Of a stretch of DNA of 64,000 nt, positions 23,620 to 35,066 are shown piece by piece. How positions within the stretch are numbered: position 1 is the stretch's first letter; each line of letters starts with the position of its first letter. A program made the translations under genes and the position numbers. The DNA is taken from positions 50,344,001 through 50,408,000 of the forward strand of contig CM060732.1 of NCBI GenBank assembly GCA_030704615.1. The letters run 5' to 3'. The notes beneath the pieces were generated by a model. The model saw nothing but the letters and a program-made list of their open reading frames with translations. It had not been told where the DNA came from and did no database searches. Source of the stretch: Takakia lepidozioides. Its lineage: Eukaryota; Plantae; Bryophyta.

Positions 23620-24940
23620 GCAGACAGAACTGTACTTTGTTGAAGATGGTGACTGTGGTCCGTTCAGCATCCGAAATGAGATGCAGGCGCTGCTCTCTCT
23701 GCATGCAACTGTTTGCGACTGGGCTTGAAACAGAATCGGGTTACCGTACAATCAGAAGTTGTTTCCCCCACCTTGAGAGGGAAGGGTGCAGGGAATCCTA
23801 TGAGCTGGACGATGGGGGTTCCTTTTGGGTGGCCAACGCATCCGCTTCGTTTCCAAGGGTGGCAGAAGAAGTTGAGACCCAGTTGAATAGGTACATGTCT
23901 CTCTTTTGTATGCATACTGCTGTCTTCTGATGTGTGGATATTTAATTGAAGTCTGTCACTTGTTCAAGGAGTCAAATTGTGTTTATGCTGCCAGGCACAG
24001 CAATTGACAGTGTATGAGCCGAACTTTATCTTAAAGACGGGTCCAGACTTACAGTTCTGGAGATTACTTGTGGGTCATTCAATGGGGTTTAACTGCAAAG
24101 TCATGGACCAGGTACAGACAGGAGGTCAGTAGAAGGACTGGGGGTGGGAAAGAGGGAAATTTTGATGAGCGGAAGCTATTGGGCAACACCAAGCATCTGA
24201 TGAGTGCTGTCAACTCACTACCAGAGCTGACAGAGAGAAAAAGGATGATTTGACAAGCACACCAACATTGCCACATATGTTGAACAAAGGCAGTGTTGTC
24301 AATACGGCCCTTTTGGCAACTCTCAAAGAGAAAGGCACCAAGGAGGACAAATTGCGTCTTGCTGTAGTGTACTTGTTGGCTGCTGAAACTACACCCCCAT
24401 CTGAAGTGGAGGCTGTGGAATCAGTGCTCCAGGCAGCAGAGGTGGATCTTTCCGCTTTTCTGTATGTGAAAAGAATAAAATCATTGAATATTCAGCTCTC
24501 TTCAGCACAAGCTGCTAATGGAAGCAACCTTGGTGTGTGTGGGCGAGAAGCCATGAGCAGGCCCTGAGTGCGGTGACAGCTGGAGTGAAAAGTCTCCTGT
24601 CAGGTGGGTGACAGGTGGCTCTCACAAGAGCAGTGGAGCTTGATGGAGGTCAGACTGGCGCCTGACAACAGAATCATATCTTCTCTTTGATCCCAAAGCA
24701 CCTAAAGGTAATTCAGGTTGCAAGGGGCCCTTTAAGGAGGCCATTGTGTTTATGATTGGGGGGGGCAATTACCTTGAGTAGGGCAGTCTGCAGGAATTTG
24801 CACAACGACAGCAGCCTGCCAAAAATATTATCTATGGCACCACTGAAATTTTGTCTGGGAGAGAGTTTTAGGATCAGCTTGTTGTGCTTGGGGCGGAAGA
24901 TGGGGTTGGAGGAACCACTGCAAGGTCTACGTCTTAGTTA
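23620..24940 (+). pseudogene. SLY1: SLY1 (Sec1/Munc18 family) pseudogene fragment, C-terminal half
   Basis: SYELDD..SFWVAN...FPRVAEEVETQLNRY; GNTKHLMSAVNSLPELTERKRMI/DKHTNIAT; KGTKEDKLRLAVVYLL; PFKEAIVFMIGGGNYLE*...IIYGTTEILSG. Several frameshifts, stops and deletions. Confidence 0.88.
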
Positions 24941-25439
24941 AAGTAGGGTTTGTTTTACCATACATCTCCCTCTGCCCTGCCAGTGCTGGATTCAGCAACA
25001 TGATCTTGGGTTGCAAGGTTCACACTTCACACTGTAGGTCAGTGTATTGAGTTGCTCAAACATAGCAGCTATTAATCTAGCAACAAGATGAAATTTGGAG
25101 GTCAAGGCCTATATGCCCAAACCTGTCTTTGTAGGAGTCAATAGTTTTAGTCCTTGTGATTCAGTGGAAGTCTAGCATGATTGCTTGACTGGGAGGCATC
25201 CCTTGTCAGGAAAATGTTGTACTGGAAAAAAGCTTGTTGGGTTCTGTATACTTCTTCTTTCAGACCTTCATTGGGTCTGTCAGGATTGTGATGTGCCGAC
25301 TACCTCTGTCTGGCTTGGTCTGGATTGTAATGAGGCCAGCAGGTTGTGGGGGTCATACTTCTTCTACCTTGGATGTGGCTATGGCTATCTCCATTTGAAC
25401 ATTGCCTATTACTCAAAATCAAGTTCAAAGTGTACTAGG

Positions 25440-26260
25440 CTCCCACTGTCGGATGGCTTTGCATAGACCGAGGGTGACATTCACCTTGACATGGTAAGAT
25501 GACTTGAGATTAGTGATGTTTAGCTCTGGACTACTTGAGGTTGAAGGACCCTGTAGGCCGCAAAGATTAGAGAGCTAGATTAGAGAGTTTTATTTTCTGT
25601 TTTGTATTTTCATCTTAAAACAGGAGACAGAGGCCCTGGTAAGCACTGACTACAGTGTGTGTGCCTTGCTCTACTTCAGGTGGATTCCACTACTGGGCAG
25701 CATTGCAGGCCATGAAGATTTGAGAGCTCTGCTTGCAGGTGTTCATCGATGCTTTTGGTTGAAATTTCGTCTTCTCTTTTCTCTCCACAGCTAAACAGGG
25801 ACACAGTGAATTCCAACATGTGAAACACTCGGCCTGAGATGTATCAATGGAACCACCTGTCTGAGGCTCAACTTCTTGAACGTCTAGGTTGGCCATGATC
25901 CCGAAGATTCTGCTGCTCACTGGGAGTGATGTTAGAGGTGCCCAACAGGCGTGTGATACCTTGTCTTTGGTGAATTAATGGCTACTGATAGTCACAGATT
26001 TTCGCAAGGAGAACTGTCTCAAAGTTGCGTCCCATCCTCCGCAACTGCACACTCACTCAGGCTTTGGTTTTTGTTGCAATGTTTTGTTTCGTGCAAAAGA
26101 CTCTATGTAGTAAAGGTGAACCTTGCAAGCTGGGTTTGATTTGTCACTGCGAGCGATGGCACCTCAGTTGCTGATACACCAAGAGGGTTAGTGATGCAGT
26201 CTGATGCTATTATGGTCTTGGATCATGCCACTAATTTTGTGATTTGGACGGTAGACTGTG
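25440..26260 (+). pseudogene. Degraded SEC23-like fragments (C-terminal/gelsolin-like region)
   Basis: Manual translation gives PLLGSIAGHEDLRALL (~25687) and VMQSDAIMVLDHATNFVIW (~26191), resembling plant SEC23A motifs GPLLGSIVGHEDER and MQSDAAVVLDHGTDVFIW (from memory). Confidence 0.55.
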
Positions 26261-26996
26261 TGCTGATTCCGGGGTTACCTTTCTGGACGAATTGAAATAC
26301 TCTCAATTCATTCTGTTACACCTCTCAAGTGGAAATGGAAGGCATTTCTGATGGATCATTTGTCTTTTGGTGGATGATGTTGGAGAGTATGCTTGATAAC
26401 CAGTCCACTGGGAGAGGGGCACACATTCTGTTTCTAGTCAGGCCTTCATGAGTGACAGGCACTTTCCAGGAAATCTCGGTGCATGTTCACCAACGACTCA
26501 CAAATGAGCACACCCTCTCAAGACCATGATTCTTGTTGTTGCAAATAAAGCATCGAAGCTGTAGTCAAGGCTCAGAAAACCTCCAAGTATAAAGAAAACC
26601 TATTACAATGGTGCACAAAACCATGAAACTTATATACAATCTAAATAATTCTTGGCAGACCATCCCAAGACCATCCCTCCCCTCAAAGTTGAAACACATC
26701 TACCAGGCTTTCGACTGAACTTTATCTTAGTTGTGCCAAACCATCTTTGCAGGCAATTCCCCATACAGGTTTACAGTATACAAGTTTAAAGTAATGAATA
26801 TCCTCATCTCTATCTCAGAATAGTTTGGAGGTAACCAACAATTTGCTCCTGCATTTTACAACAGGGGTCTCAGCAATGTAACTATAGCTGGCCAGGGAAT
26901 TGGATGTATAATACAGAAGTTCTCTCTCTCTCTCTCTTTATCAACAATTTCTGGACAATCTATAAAAAAATTCTTCTCTGAAATTCTCTCGTCCCC

Positions 26997-29141
26997 TCAC
27001 AACTGTGTTTCACTAGCTCCCAAGGCTTGCCATGGCCGTCGCCATTCTCTATGACAGCAAACCTTGACAGCAGCTACTCCAATTGCAGCTCCCACAACAA
27101 ATGCAAGAATAAAACACAAGGTTCCCACCAACCAACCCCCTGAGTGAAAGTCACTGCTCAACCAGTGTTGGTTCATCACAGACTTAACATCCACTGAGGC
27201 AACTGGAGATGGAATGTGAACTACATCATGAGCTTCACCGTCGTGATTTCCAACACATGTCACTGTCAACAATTCTTTTGTAGCATGGAGTCGAACGTAA
27301 CCAAACTGGAAGCTTCGGAAGAGTGACCAGCTGGGTTGTGGGAAGATAGGGAGGGTGGCTTGTTAGGCGGGGCTGGTCAATGGGTTGCCAGTCCTGGCCC
27401 CCCATGCCTATTACTATATGTACAGGCAAAGCTCCAGTTGATTTGGATGGATCTGCACAAGTGAAATTTTGCATGGGGCAGGTCCGCTCATACTTGTGGA
27501 CATGGCCCCAGAGTGCAAGACTTACCTCGTTCTTCACCAGCAGCGGCTCAAGATGTGCAATAAGATTTTGGGTAATGAGCAGCTCCATGGCTCCATTGTC
27601 GGTGGAGTACATTGGCCGGTGCCCCAAAACCACTATAAAAGGTGTTTTCTTCCTGTCCACGCTCTTGAGGTCCTGAGCAATGAATACCAGCTGATCACTG
27701 CTGGGGAGGAAATCTGTCTCTGTTGAGAAGTAGAGGAAATGGACCACCCCGAAGTCCATGGAATAGTAGAGGTTCCTTGTGTCTGGGGCTCCCGTCTCAG
27801 TGGCCAGAGAGGAATTCCCAGGCATGTGAAACCGTAAACTGTAAGGCACACCACATTCACCACCCCCATCCCTCCCATAGGGAGCCCAATCCGGCTTCCA
27901 GGGCTGTGCAGGCCAGTCGTACTCATGGTTCCCAATGCAAACGTGGTAGGGGGCACGGGCAGCAACAGGTTCAATCTGAGAGAAAAATGCATCCCAGAGC
28001 CACGAATAGCCTCTTGCATAGCTTATGTCCCCAATGTGGGACACGAATGTAGGCTTGTCACCAAGTTGTTCAAGGTCCCGCTGCAGCCATTTCATGGTAT
28101 TTAGACTTTCATGCTGCACCCAGCTGTACGTTTTGTAAGGAACCCAAGTCCCCATATCACCAAACAGGAGAGCATCAGTCTCCTCAGAGTCAACAGATGG
28201 TGCCACAAAACTGTACATCTGGCTCCATCCTTCTTCCTCACTTCCCACCTGACAGAAAAATGGAGAGAACACAGGGGACTGCTATTAATTTCCTTGTATG
28301 GAGAGATACATTTTCATGCTTCAACGGGCAGAATGTATGTTGACTTGGATGATTCAGCTAGGGCCCATGTATATTCAAGTTACAAAATGAACCACAATTC
28401 TCTGACAGGAAGTAGGGGGTCAAGGGAATGGGCTTCTGTGCTAACCTCATAATAGTACCGTTTTCCAGAACGCAATCCAGTCAAAAGTGCATTGTGTATA
28501 AGGCCTGGATCCCTCCATCCAATCGTCGTGTTGGCAGGAGAGTCACACATATCCGACTGCCGGTAAGTGAGATAAGAGGCCTCCACAGCCATGTTCAACT
28601 GAGCTTCGTCTTCACCATATTTGACGAAGCTTTTGAGAGAATCTTTCGTGACAAACATAACTCGGATTTCGTCTGGGTTGTTGGTCAAAGAAAGATGGAC
28701 CTGTGTGGGCTCATTGAAATTGACAAAGCCCACATTATCACTAACAGCAAGCCGATGCTCGCTGCTTGGCAATGGATTCTGGTCGTCGTCCAAAGGTGTG
28801 GTTGAAGTAGCATTGAGACCCTTGAACAGACGGAACTGGTATGGAGCACGCAGGTTCAGTGCAGGGATGACTAATGAGCATGAGCCAGATGTCCAGCCAG
28901 CACAGGAGGAGAGGAGAATGTACCCGATGAAATGCTTGTCATCGGACTCTGGGGGGGTGTAGATTCCAAGCCAGTCGAGATCCGTGGGCGAGTCGATGCC
29001 CTTCCATGTGAAAGTTATCGCATCCCCTGACCTCTGTAACGTTGTTGGAGATGCATCCAGGCTCACGGCCTGCACTAAGCTCTCCTTTATTAAGATTATG
29101 ATAAGCAAGAACAAAAAGAAGTGGACTGTCCCGCACTCCAT
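26997..29141 (-). CDS. PAP2: Purple acid phosphatase, PAP2/PAP9 type. Exons 29141-28446 and 28248-26997, with an apparent frameshift at ~27355-27366.
   Basis: Signal peptide, Fn3-like N-terminus ([14 protein letters not shown]), metal-ligand motifs GDMG, GDISY, GNHE, GHRP and GHVH. The conserved tail ([12 protein letters not shown]...GNHDGEAHD and the hydrophobic anchor [20 protein letters not shown]) is in a different frame. Confidence 0.9.
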
Positions 29142-32100
29142 CCCTGCAAATGACAAGCCGACAGGTAAAAGATGTCAAAATCACTCCCCGAAAGAACCTG
29201 CCCAGTGAGGGAGGGAATGACAAACAGTAACAGACTGGAAAAACTACAAAGTTCATGGTAGACAACTCACGGAAACACAATAGCACAAAACACAATCGCG
29301 AATTAGCAAAAACCCGTTCTCGAAAAACATTTTCTACATTGAACAGATCCTAAATTATCTTGCTGTAAAGCTGCCAGCTGGGGATCGAGCGTACAAAGGT
29401 GATGCCAATGTTAACAGGATTCGATAGCAGAAGACTCTCCAAACACAGACATGTATCGCCCCATCCTTCTCCCTCTCTTTCTCAATGAAAACCACTACGC
29501 ATCCTTCCAGCAAACATTCACAACCTTTGAGCAACAGACCCAAAACCACCCCCCTTCACATCGATCCTCCCCAAATGACAGAAGAGTCCGAGCAGACAAT
29601 CGGAGAAAGGCTAGAATCCATACCAGTGCCGAGGACGACAAAAGCGCCTTCACTTGCAGTCACCACTCGTCTCCGTGCATGTCCCAACAGTCAAAAATTG
29701 GTAAGAAATTTTATCAACCATGCTCTGTAGACAGGTCTCCCAACACTCTGTGAGCGAGAAAGAAATGTTGATATCAACTCCGCCACAACATCCTCTACAC
29801 TTCACTAGACATGAACTGATGACTGAGACAAGTGATCAAATACGGAGAAGAGAGAGAGGATTGTAGACTAAGTAAGTCCTCCAACAAGCAAGCAGCAACC
29901 CAACTCAGAATTTCCCCCCAGCTCCTTCCTTGTGTGAATCCAGTGAGAGCACACCACAGAGACACACACAGAGGGATGCTTCAGTGGAGCAGACGACACG
30001 GTGTGTAGTGTGCACATAACGTGCGAGCGCATTTACATACCGGATGGAACACAACTTCATCCACAAGTCATGCATCCAACCCCTATGAACATTTTCATCT
30101 CGCACAGGCCGTTGCAATGGGCCACGTGGCAGTTCCGGCATATTCTCTCGAGCATTTCAGACAATGAGGTTCTTGAATATTCTCTAGCCACCGCTTTTCT
30201 CTTGCCTCTTGCTACTTTTTGCTTGTCTGGGAAGATCATCCCCGGATTTCTCTACACTACTCACTGCACTTTCCAAACTGGAACGCCCATGTGTGATTTC
30301 ACGGATTTGCCCCGGCATCATACCCACTGGCCTTTTTGTATTTTGTATTTTTTATAAATAAAAAGGGAAATACCCGGGAGCGACAGCTGAGTCACAAACC
30401 GAGGCCCCTTAATTATAGTGACGAGAAAAGTAACCTCTTTCAGAGTAACCTTGCCGCGAAGGCTTTTCGCATGGGACACCACCCAAAGGAAGGGGGAGAA
30501 GAACATACCCCACCCGTCAAGGTAGCAGGATTTGACCCCATAATCATCTGAGTGGCACTCAACGCAATATCCAACCAGCGTTTTTTTTTATATTTAAGAA
30601 CTTGAGCCACGTTGGCTCCTGGCTAGCCTATGAAGAAGATCAATTGGCGACTTTGTGGCATGAGATTTCGAAACGGTGGCTACTGTCAAGAATGTTTGAT
30701 GAGTTCTATGCGAACTCAACTCATGTAGTGTTCGGTTTGTGGGAGCGACAAGGGAGGTAAATTTTTCTAAGTAACAACGACACTGCATATTGCAAAGCAT
30801 GTTGTTGAGCGAAAATACCCTATGGAGGAATTGCCCCTCAGCCACAAAGACTCTGCCCACTGCAGCAGAGGGCAAGACCTACACAAGCAAACCACGTTAG
30901 TGTACAAGAACAAAACCCGGAACACCTTAAAAGTTTCGTGCAGATCAGAAGAAGGCAAAGAAACCATGGAAACAAAGGCAACCAGCCTAGCACAACTCTC
31001 TCACATGGATACAATCCATTGACAAATATGACTAAGTTAATCTTGTACAAGATCAGCAACTCTGCTCAAAGCCTCATGTGCCAGTGCAAGAGGCGGTGCA
31101 AGTCTGCTTAAATGGAGGTGCATGACACGGATACTAGGGAATAAGCGAAACCTAAACGAGAGTTCCCTCCATAGCTCGACCCCTTGGCGAAAGCAGAAAG
31201 AGTTTGAACCTAAGGCTTTGCTCCTTGCACGGGCAGGGTGGTAGGGTTTCTAGAAATCTATATCAAGATCATTTGGATCTAACGAACCCGAATGACATGT
31301 GTCTCTTTCCCTGTGCGATAGCTGTACAGGTGGCGTCCTCATTGCAGCGACATGATGGCATTAGGGAGGGCAGTAATGCGAAACAGTGCCATATTTTAAC
31401 CCATAATTCCTTTGTAGATTTCGTGAGGCCAGTTTCTTCCTTGAAAAGTGGCGAAATTTCGCGCATTAAAAAAATGTTGTATCCAACATATGTTTTACTT
31501 TTTCCATATACCTAACTCTTACGCAGCAAAAACCAAAAACGTGATAATTATGTGAAAAACAAGCGGGTTGCGCATGGCTCCTCTTTGTGAATAGCGATAT
31601 CTACTTTCATCCATGATAAACTTGAAATTCATCCATTTATTCCTCATCAATTGTTCAATATGAGAGATGTTATTTGAGGGAGGTGTTACCTGGAGGCAAG
31701 GTAGTTTTCAACAAAAGAGAGGAGGTGACACCTGGGGAAGGCACAACATGGGCTTAACTTAGCGATTTTTGACGTTGATGCATAGTCTCCTCTTTATTCT
31801 AAAGAGGAGCCAATAGACATTTTAATTTTTTGACTGCACATTAGATGGGTGCCTACCTGCTCTCTGGCTTGCCAATTTCCAGGTCAATCGGGAACAAATC
31901 AGGGTTGGGCGGTTAACCGCCGGCTTTGGTTTCGGTTATAAGCTACCCGTTACAAGGGACCGGGCCGGAACCTGACCCACTTCTGCAGTACCGGACCCCA
32001 AACCGGGATCAGCGTAGAACCGCCGGTTCGTGTTGGGAGTCCCACGTGTGATAACCAGCAATTGGGTAAAAATAGGTTGGGGTTGGTTCCTCCCAAAACC

Positions 32101-32167
32101 CTTGGTGGGCCCTTGGTATAACACTTGGTGGGACCACGGCAAAACCTCTTTATAGTTCTATGAAGGT

Positions 32168-32330
32168 ACTTGAGCAGGTAGCCAAGTGGTGGGGTGTTTG
32201 TGCCTTGCCTGTACATGACCTAGGTGATCTTGGGTTCAATCCTTCAGCATGTGCCTTCGGACCGTCCATTGGGCCCTCGATGGCCTGTTGTGTTGAGCAG
32301 TAGGCTCTGTAAATTCTGTAAATTCACTGG
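32168..32330 (+). mobile_element. tRNA-derived SINE
   Basis: A-box-like TAGCCAAGTGG and B-box GGTTCAATCC. Homologous copy on the minus strand at ~49955-50095. Confidence 0.7.
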
Positions 32331-32398
32331 ACGTTAAAGAATCTTTATCTTTATCTTTATGAAGTTGGGTAAGATCCTCGGTTAAATCCTTCAGCATA

Positions 32399-32490
32399 AG
32401 AGAGAGAGAGAAGACTCCGGCCGAAGCCAGCGTAACTAAGAGTCACTTTGCCTCAGGGCTATTGCCGCCTTTCGGGGGTGGGCCCTATAA
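32399..32490 (-). mobile_element. Short structured retroposed repeat, copy 3
   Basis: Reverse complement reads TTATAGGGCCCACCCCCGAAAGGCGGCAATAGCCCTGAGGCAAAGTGACTCTTAGTTACGCTGGCTTCGGCCGGAGTCT(TC)n, with the same 5' start as copy 1. Confidence 0.8.
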
Positions 32491-33092
32491 ATATACCATG
32501 AGATCTTGGGTTCAATCTTAAGCTCCATGAGATCCGGGTTCAAACTTCAAACCGGGTTCATTAATCAAATTGTTAGCATATGCGAATACATTAAGATGGA
32601 TCAAGTATATTTAAAAAATTTATTTATTCTCTTTTACAGGTTTTTAGTGTATTTTTGTTTTAATGAAAATTACTAAAATCCCTGAATTTTAGTTGAAATA
32701 TTTGAATACATGATTATTTAATGTATCAACCAAATTTCTCATATTGATAAAACATTTTAAAACTAATTGGATTAAATAAATATACTTAAAAAATAGAACC
32801 GGAACCTAACCGGAACCGTTAGTTTTTTTTCAGCAACTGACCGGTAACCGGAACCGCCCCCATGTTTAAAAGTTGGATCCGGAACCGAACCGGAACCAGC
32901 TCAATAGGAAAAAGCCGGAACCGGAATTCGGAACCGTCTCTTGAGATAATTGTGGAACATGAATAGAAGGTTCCTTCACAAATGCAAGAACCTCCCAACC
33001 CTGGAACAAACTGAAAACCCCACCTCTGAAAGTGGGGCCGTATTTTGGGCCCCACTCATTAAAAATTCAGTTTGGATTTACTTTGATGAATA

Positions 33093-33592
33093 NNNNNNNN
33101 NNNNNNNNNNNNNNNNNNNNNNNNNNNNNNNNNNNNNNNNNNNNNNNNNNNNNNNNNNNNNNNNNNNNNNNNNNNNNNNNNNNNNNNNNNNNNNNNNNNN
33201 NNNNNNNNNNNNNNNNNNNNNNNNNNNNNNNNNNNNNNNNNNNNNNNNNNNNNNNNNNNNNNNNNNNNNNNNNNNNNNNNNNNNNNNNNNNNNNNNNNNN
33301 NNNNNNNNNNNNNNNNNNNNNNNNNNNNNNNNNNNNNNNNNNNNNNNNNNNNNNNNNNNNNNNNNNNNNNNNNNNNNNNNNNNNNNNNNNNNNNNNNNNN
33401 NNNNNNNNNNNNNNNNNNNNNNNNNNNNNNNNNNNNNNNNNNNNNNNNNNNNNNNNNNNNNNNNNNNNNNNNNNNNNNNNNNNNNNNNNNNNNNNNNNNN
33501 NNNNNNNNNNNNNNNNNNNNNNNNNNNNNNNNNNNNNNNNNNNNNNNNNNNNNNNNNNNNNNNNNNNNNNNNNNNNNNNNNNNNNNNNNNNN
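33093..33592. other. Assembly gap (500 N)
   Basis: Run of n characters. Confidence 1.
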
Positions 33593-33763
33593 AGCAGGCC
33601 GTGGCCTTGTTCAAAGCTTGGAATTGTACCTAATGTCATTCTGAACACTGCCCGGCAGCTCTGGAAAAGGGGAAAGAGATCGACATGTTTGCAAAATGAA
33701 GGCCTTGCTTGGTGCCTGCAGAATCCATGGCAATGTGGAGATGGCTGAACGTGCGGCACGAAG
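33593..33763 (+). pseudogene. PLS-class PPR gene fragment (E-motif region)
   Basis: ALLGACRIHGNVEMAERAARR at ~33702-33764 is the hallmark of the PLS-PPR S2/E1 region. The preceding sequence is frameshifted and cut by the gap. Confidence 0.75.
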
Positions 33764-34439
33764 GTAACCTTCTTCAATCACATTTCACCCTGTTTTTCCC
33801 TGTTACCAGAGTAGTCCCTAAATTTTCATGTTAGAATTTCCTCCTGCAAGTTAGCTCGTTCGTAATGTGAGGTTGGCCATGACTTTTATACAGATCCTTC
33901 ACAATTGTGGGACAACTGCAATCACCAGGTGTGGCTTTTCTTAATGTACGATGTGAAGAAGTTTGTCCAGCCTGCAAAGGTGGGCTCTTGGCTCTTGTGA
34001 GTACCATGATTTGGTATTCTTCCTAATGTTTACAAGGTTCTTGGAAGAGTCAGCTTGCAGGTCTTAGCAGGCTGTGTTTCAATCTCTGCCTCCTCAGCTA
34101 TACCGTGGTGTGTCTCACAGACCAATCTGACATTACCTGACTACAGACAAACAGCACACACAAGAGTCATTTTTTGGGTTGAGTGGTCGGTCAAATCCTC
34201 CATGAGTCAAGGACAATGTGGTGAGGGCACGTTTCACCGCCTGTTTTTCCTCTCATCAGACTTGGCCCTGAGATGCATGTTGAATTTTGCATGGGTGATA
34301 AGTAGGGTTGGGTGTTTGCTGGAACAATTGTAGGCTGTCATTGTCAGCCGCTAGCAGTAAGGGAAGGATGTATGCATGATGTGTGTAGAGCTTGGATAGC
34401 TGAGGGAGCAGGGGTAGAGTCTGGCCGGTCCAGATTCAT

Positions 34440-35066
34440 CCAAGAGGGCGGGACTTCAAGCTCACAATTACCTATAATTCCCTGTGGATCAATAGCTGCA
34501 GATAACCTGCTATGGATGTGAGCCGAGTTCGAGCTTTCATGGGGTTAGCAAACTATTATAGACGGTTTGTTAAGGGATTTAGTGCCATTGCAAAGGCTCT
34601 AACCAAACTGACCAAGGTGGACCAGGATGGGCAGTGGGAAGATGAGCCAGAACAAGCTTTTCAAGAGCTCAAGGCGAGGTTGACCTCGGCGCCCATCTTG
34701 AGATGACCTATCAGGGGGCATTCTTTTCAGCTGCATACAGTTTGGAGCGTGCTGGGGCTTGGAACGGTGCTCACACAGGTGGATGATGAGGAAGAGAGTT
34801 CGTAGTGGCTTATGCTAGCCGCTCAAACAACGCTGCAACAAGTCTAAGTATAGCTCATATGAGGGAGAATGCTTAGCTACAGTGTGGGCCGTGGCACACT
34901 TCAGGTGCTATCTATACGGCAATCTCTTCACCTTGTCACGGATCACCAACCACTCAAGTGGTTGATGGAGTCAGACAAGCTTACGGGGAGCTTGCACGGT
35001 GGGCACTCATCCTTCAAGAGTATGACTTTCAGGTTGTGCATTGACTGGGTTTGGTCAATCGGGATG
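34440..35066 (+). mobile_element. Ty3/gypsy RT-connection/RNase H fragment (older element, target of the LTR insertion at 35067)
   Basis: VRAFMGLANYYRRFVKGFSAIAKALTKLT...AFQELKARLTSAPIL; VVAYASRS; YEGECLATVWAV.HFR; LVTDHQPLKWL. Stops and frameshifts. Confidence 0.92.

Larger units (their letters stand above)
31900..33003. mobile_element. hAT-family non-autonomous element with nested SINE pieces
   Basis: TIR CAGGGTTGGG...CCCAACCCTG. 8-bp TSD GAACAAAT / GAACAAAC. Dense subterminal AACCGG/CCGGTT motifs. Confidence 0.88.

Noticed and set aside
32950-33777. Long ORFs containing X
   Set aside because: They only span the 500-N gap.
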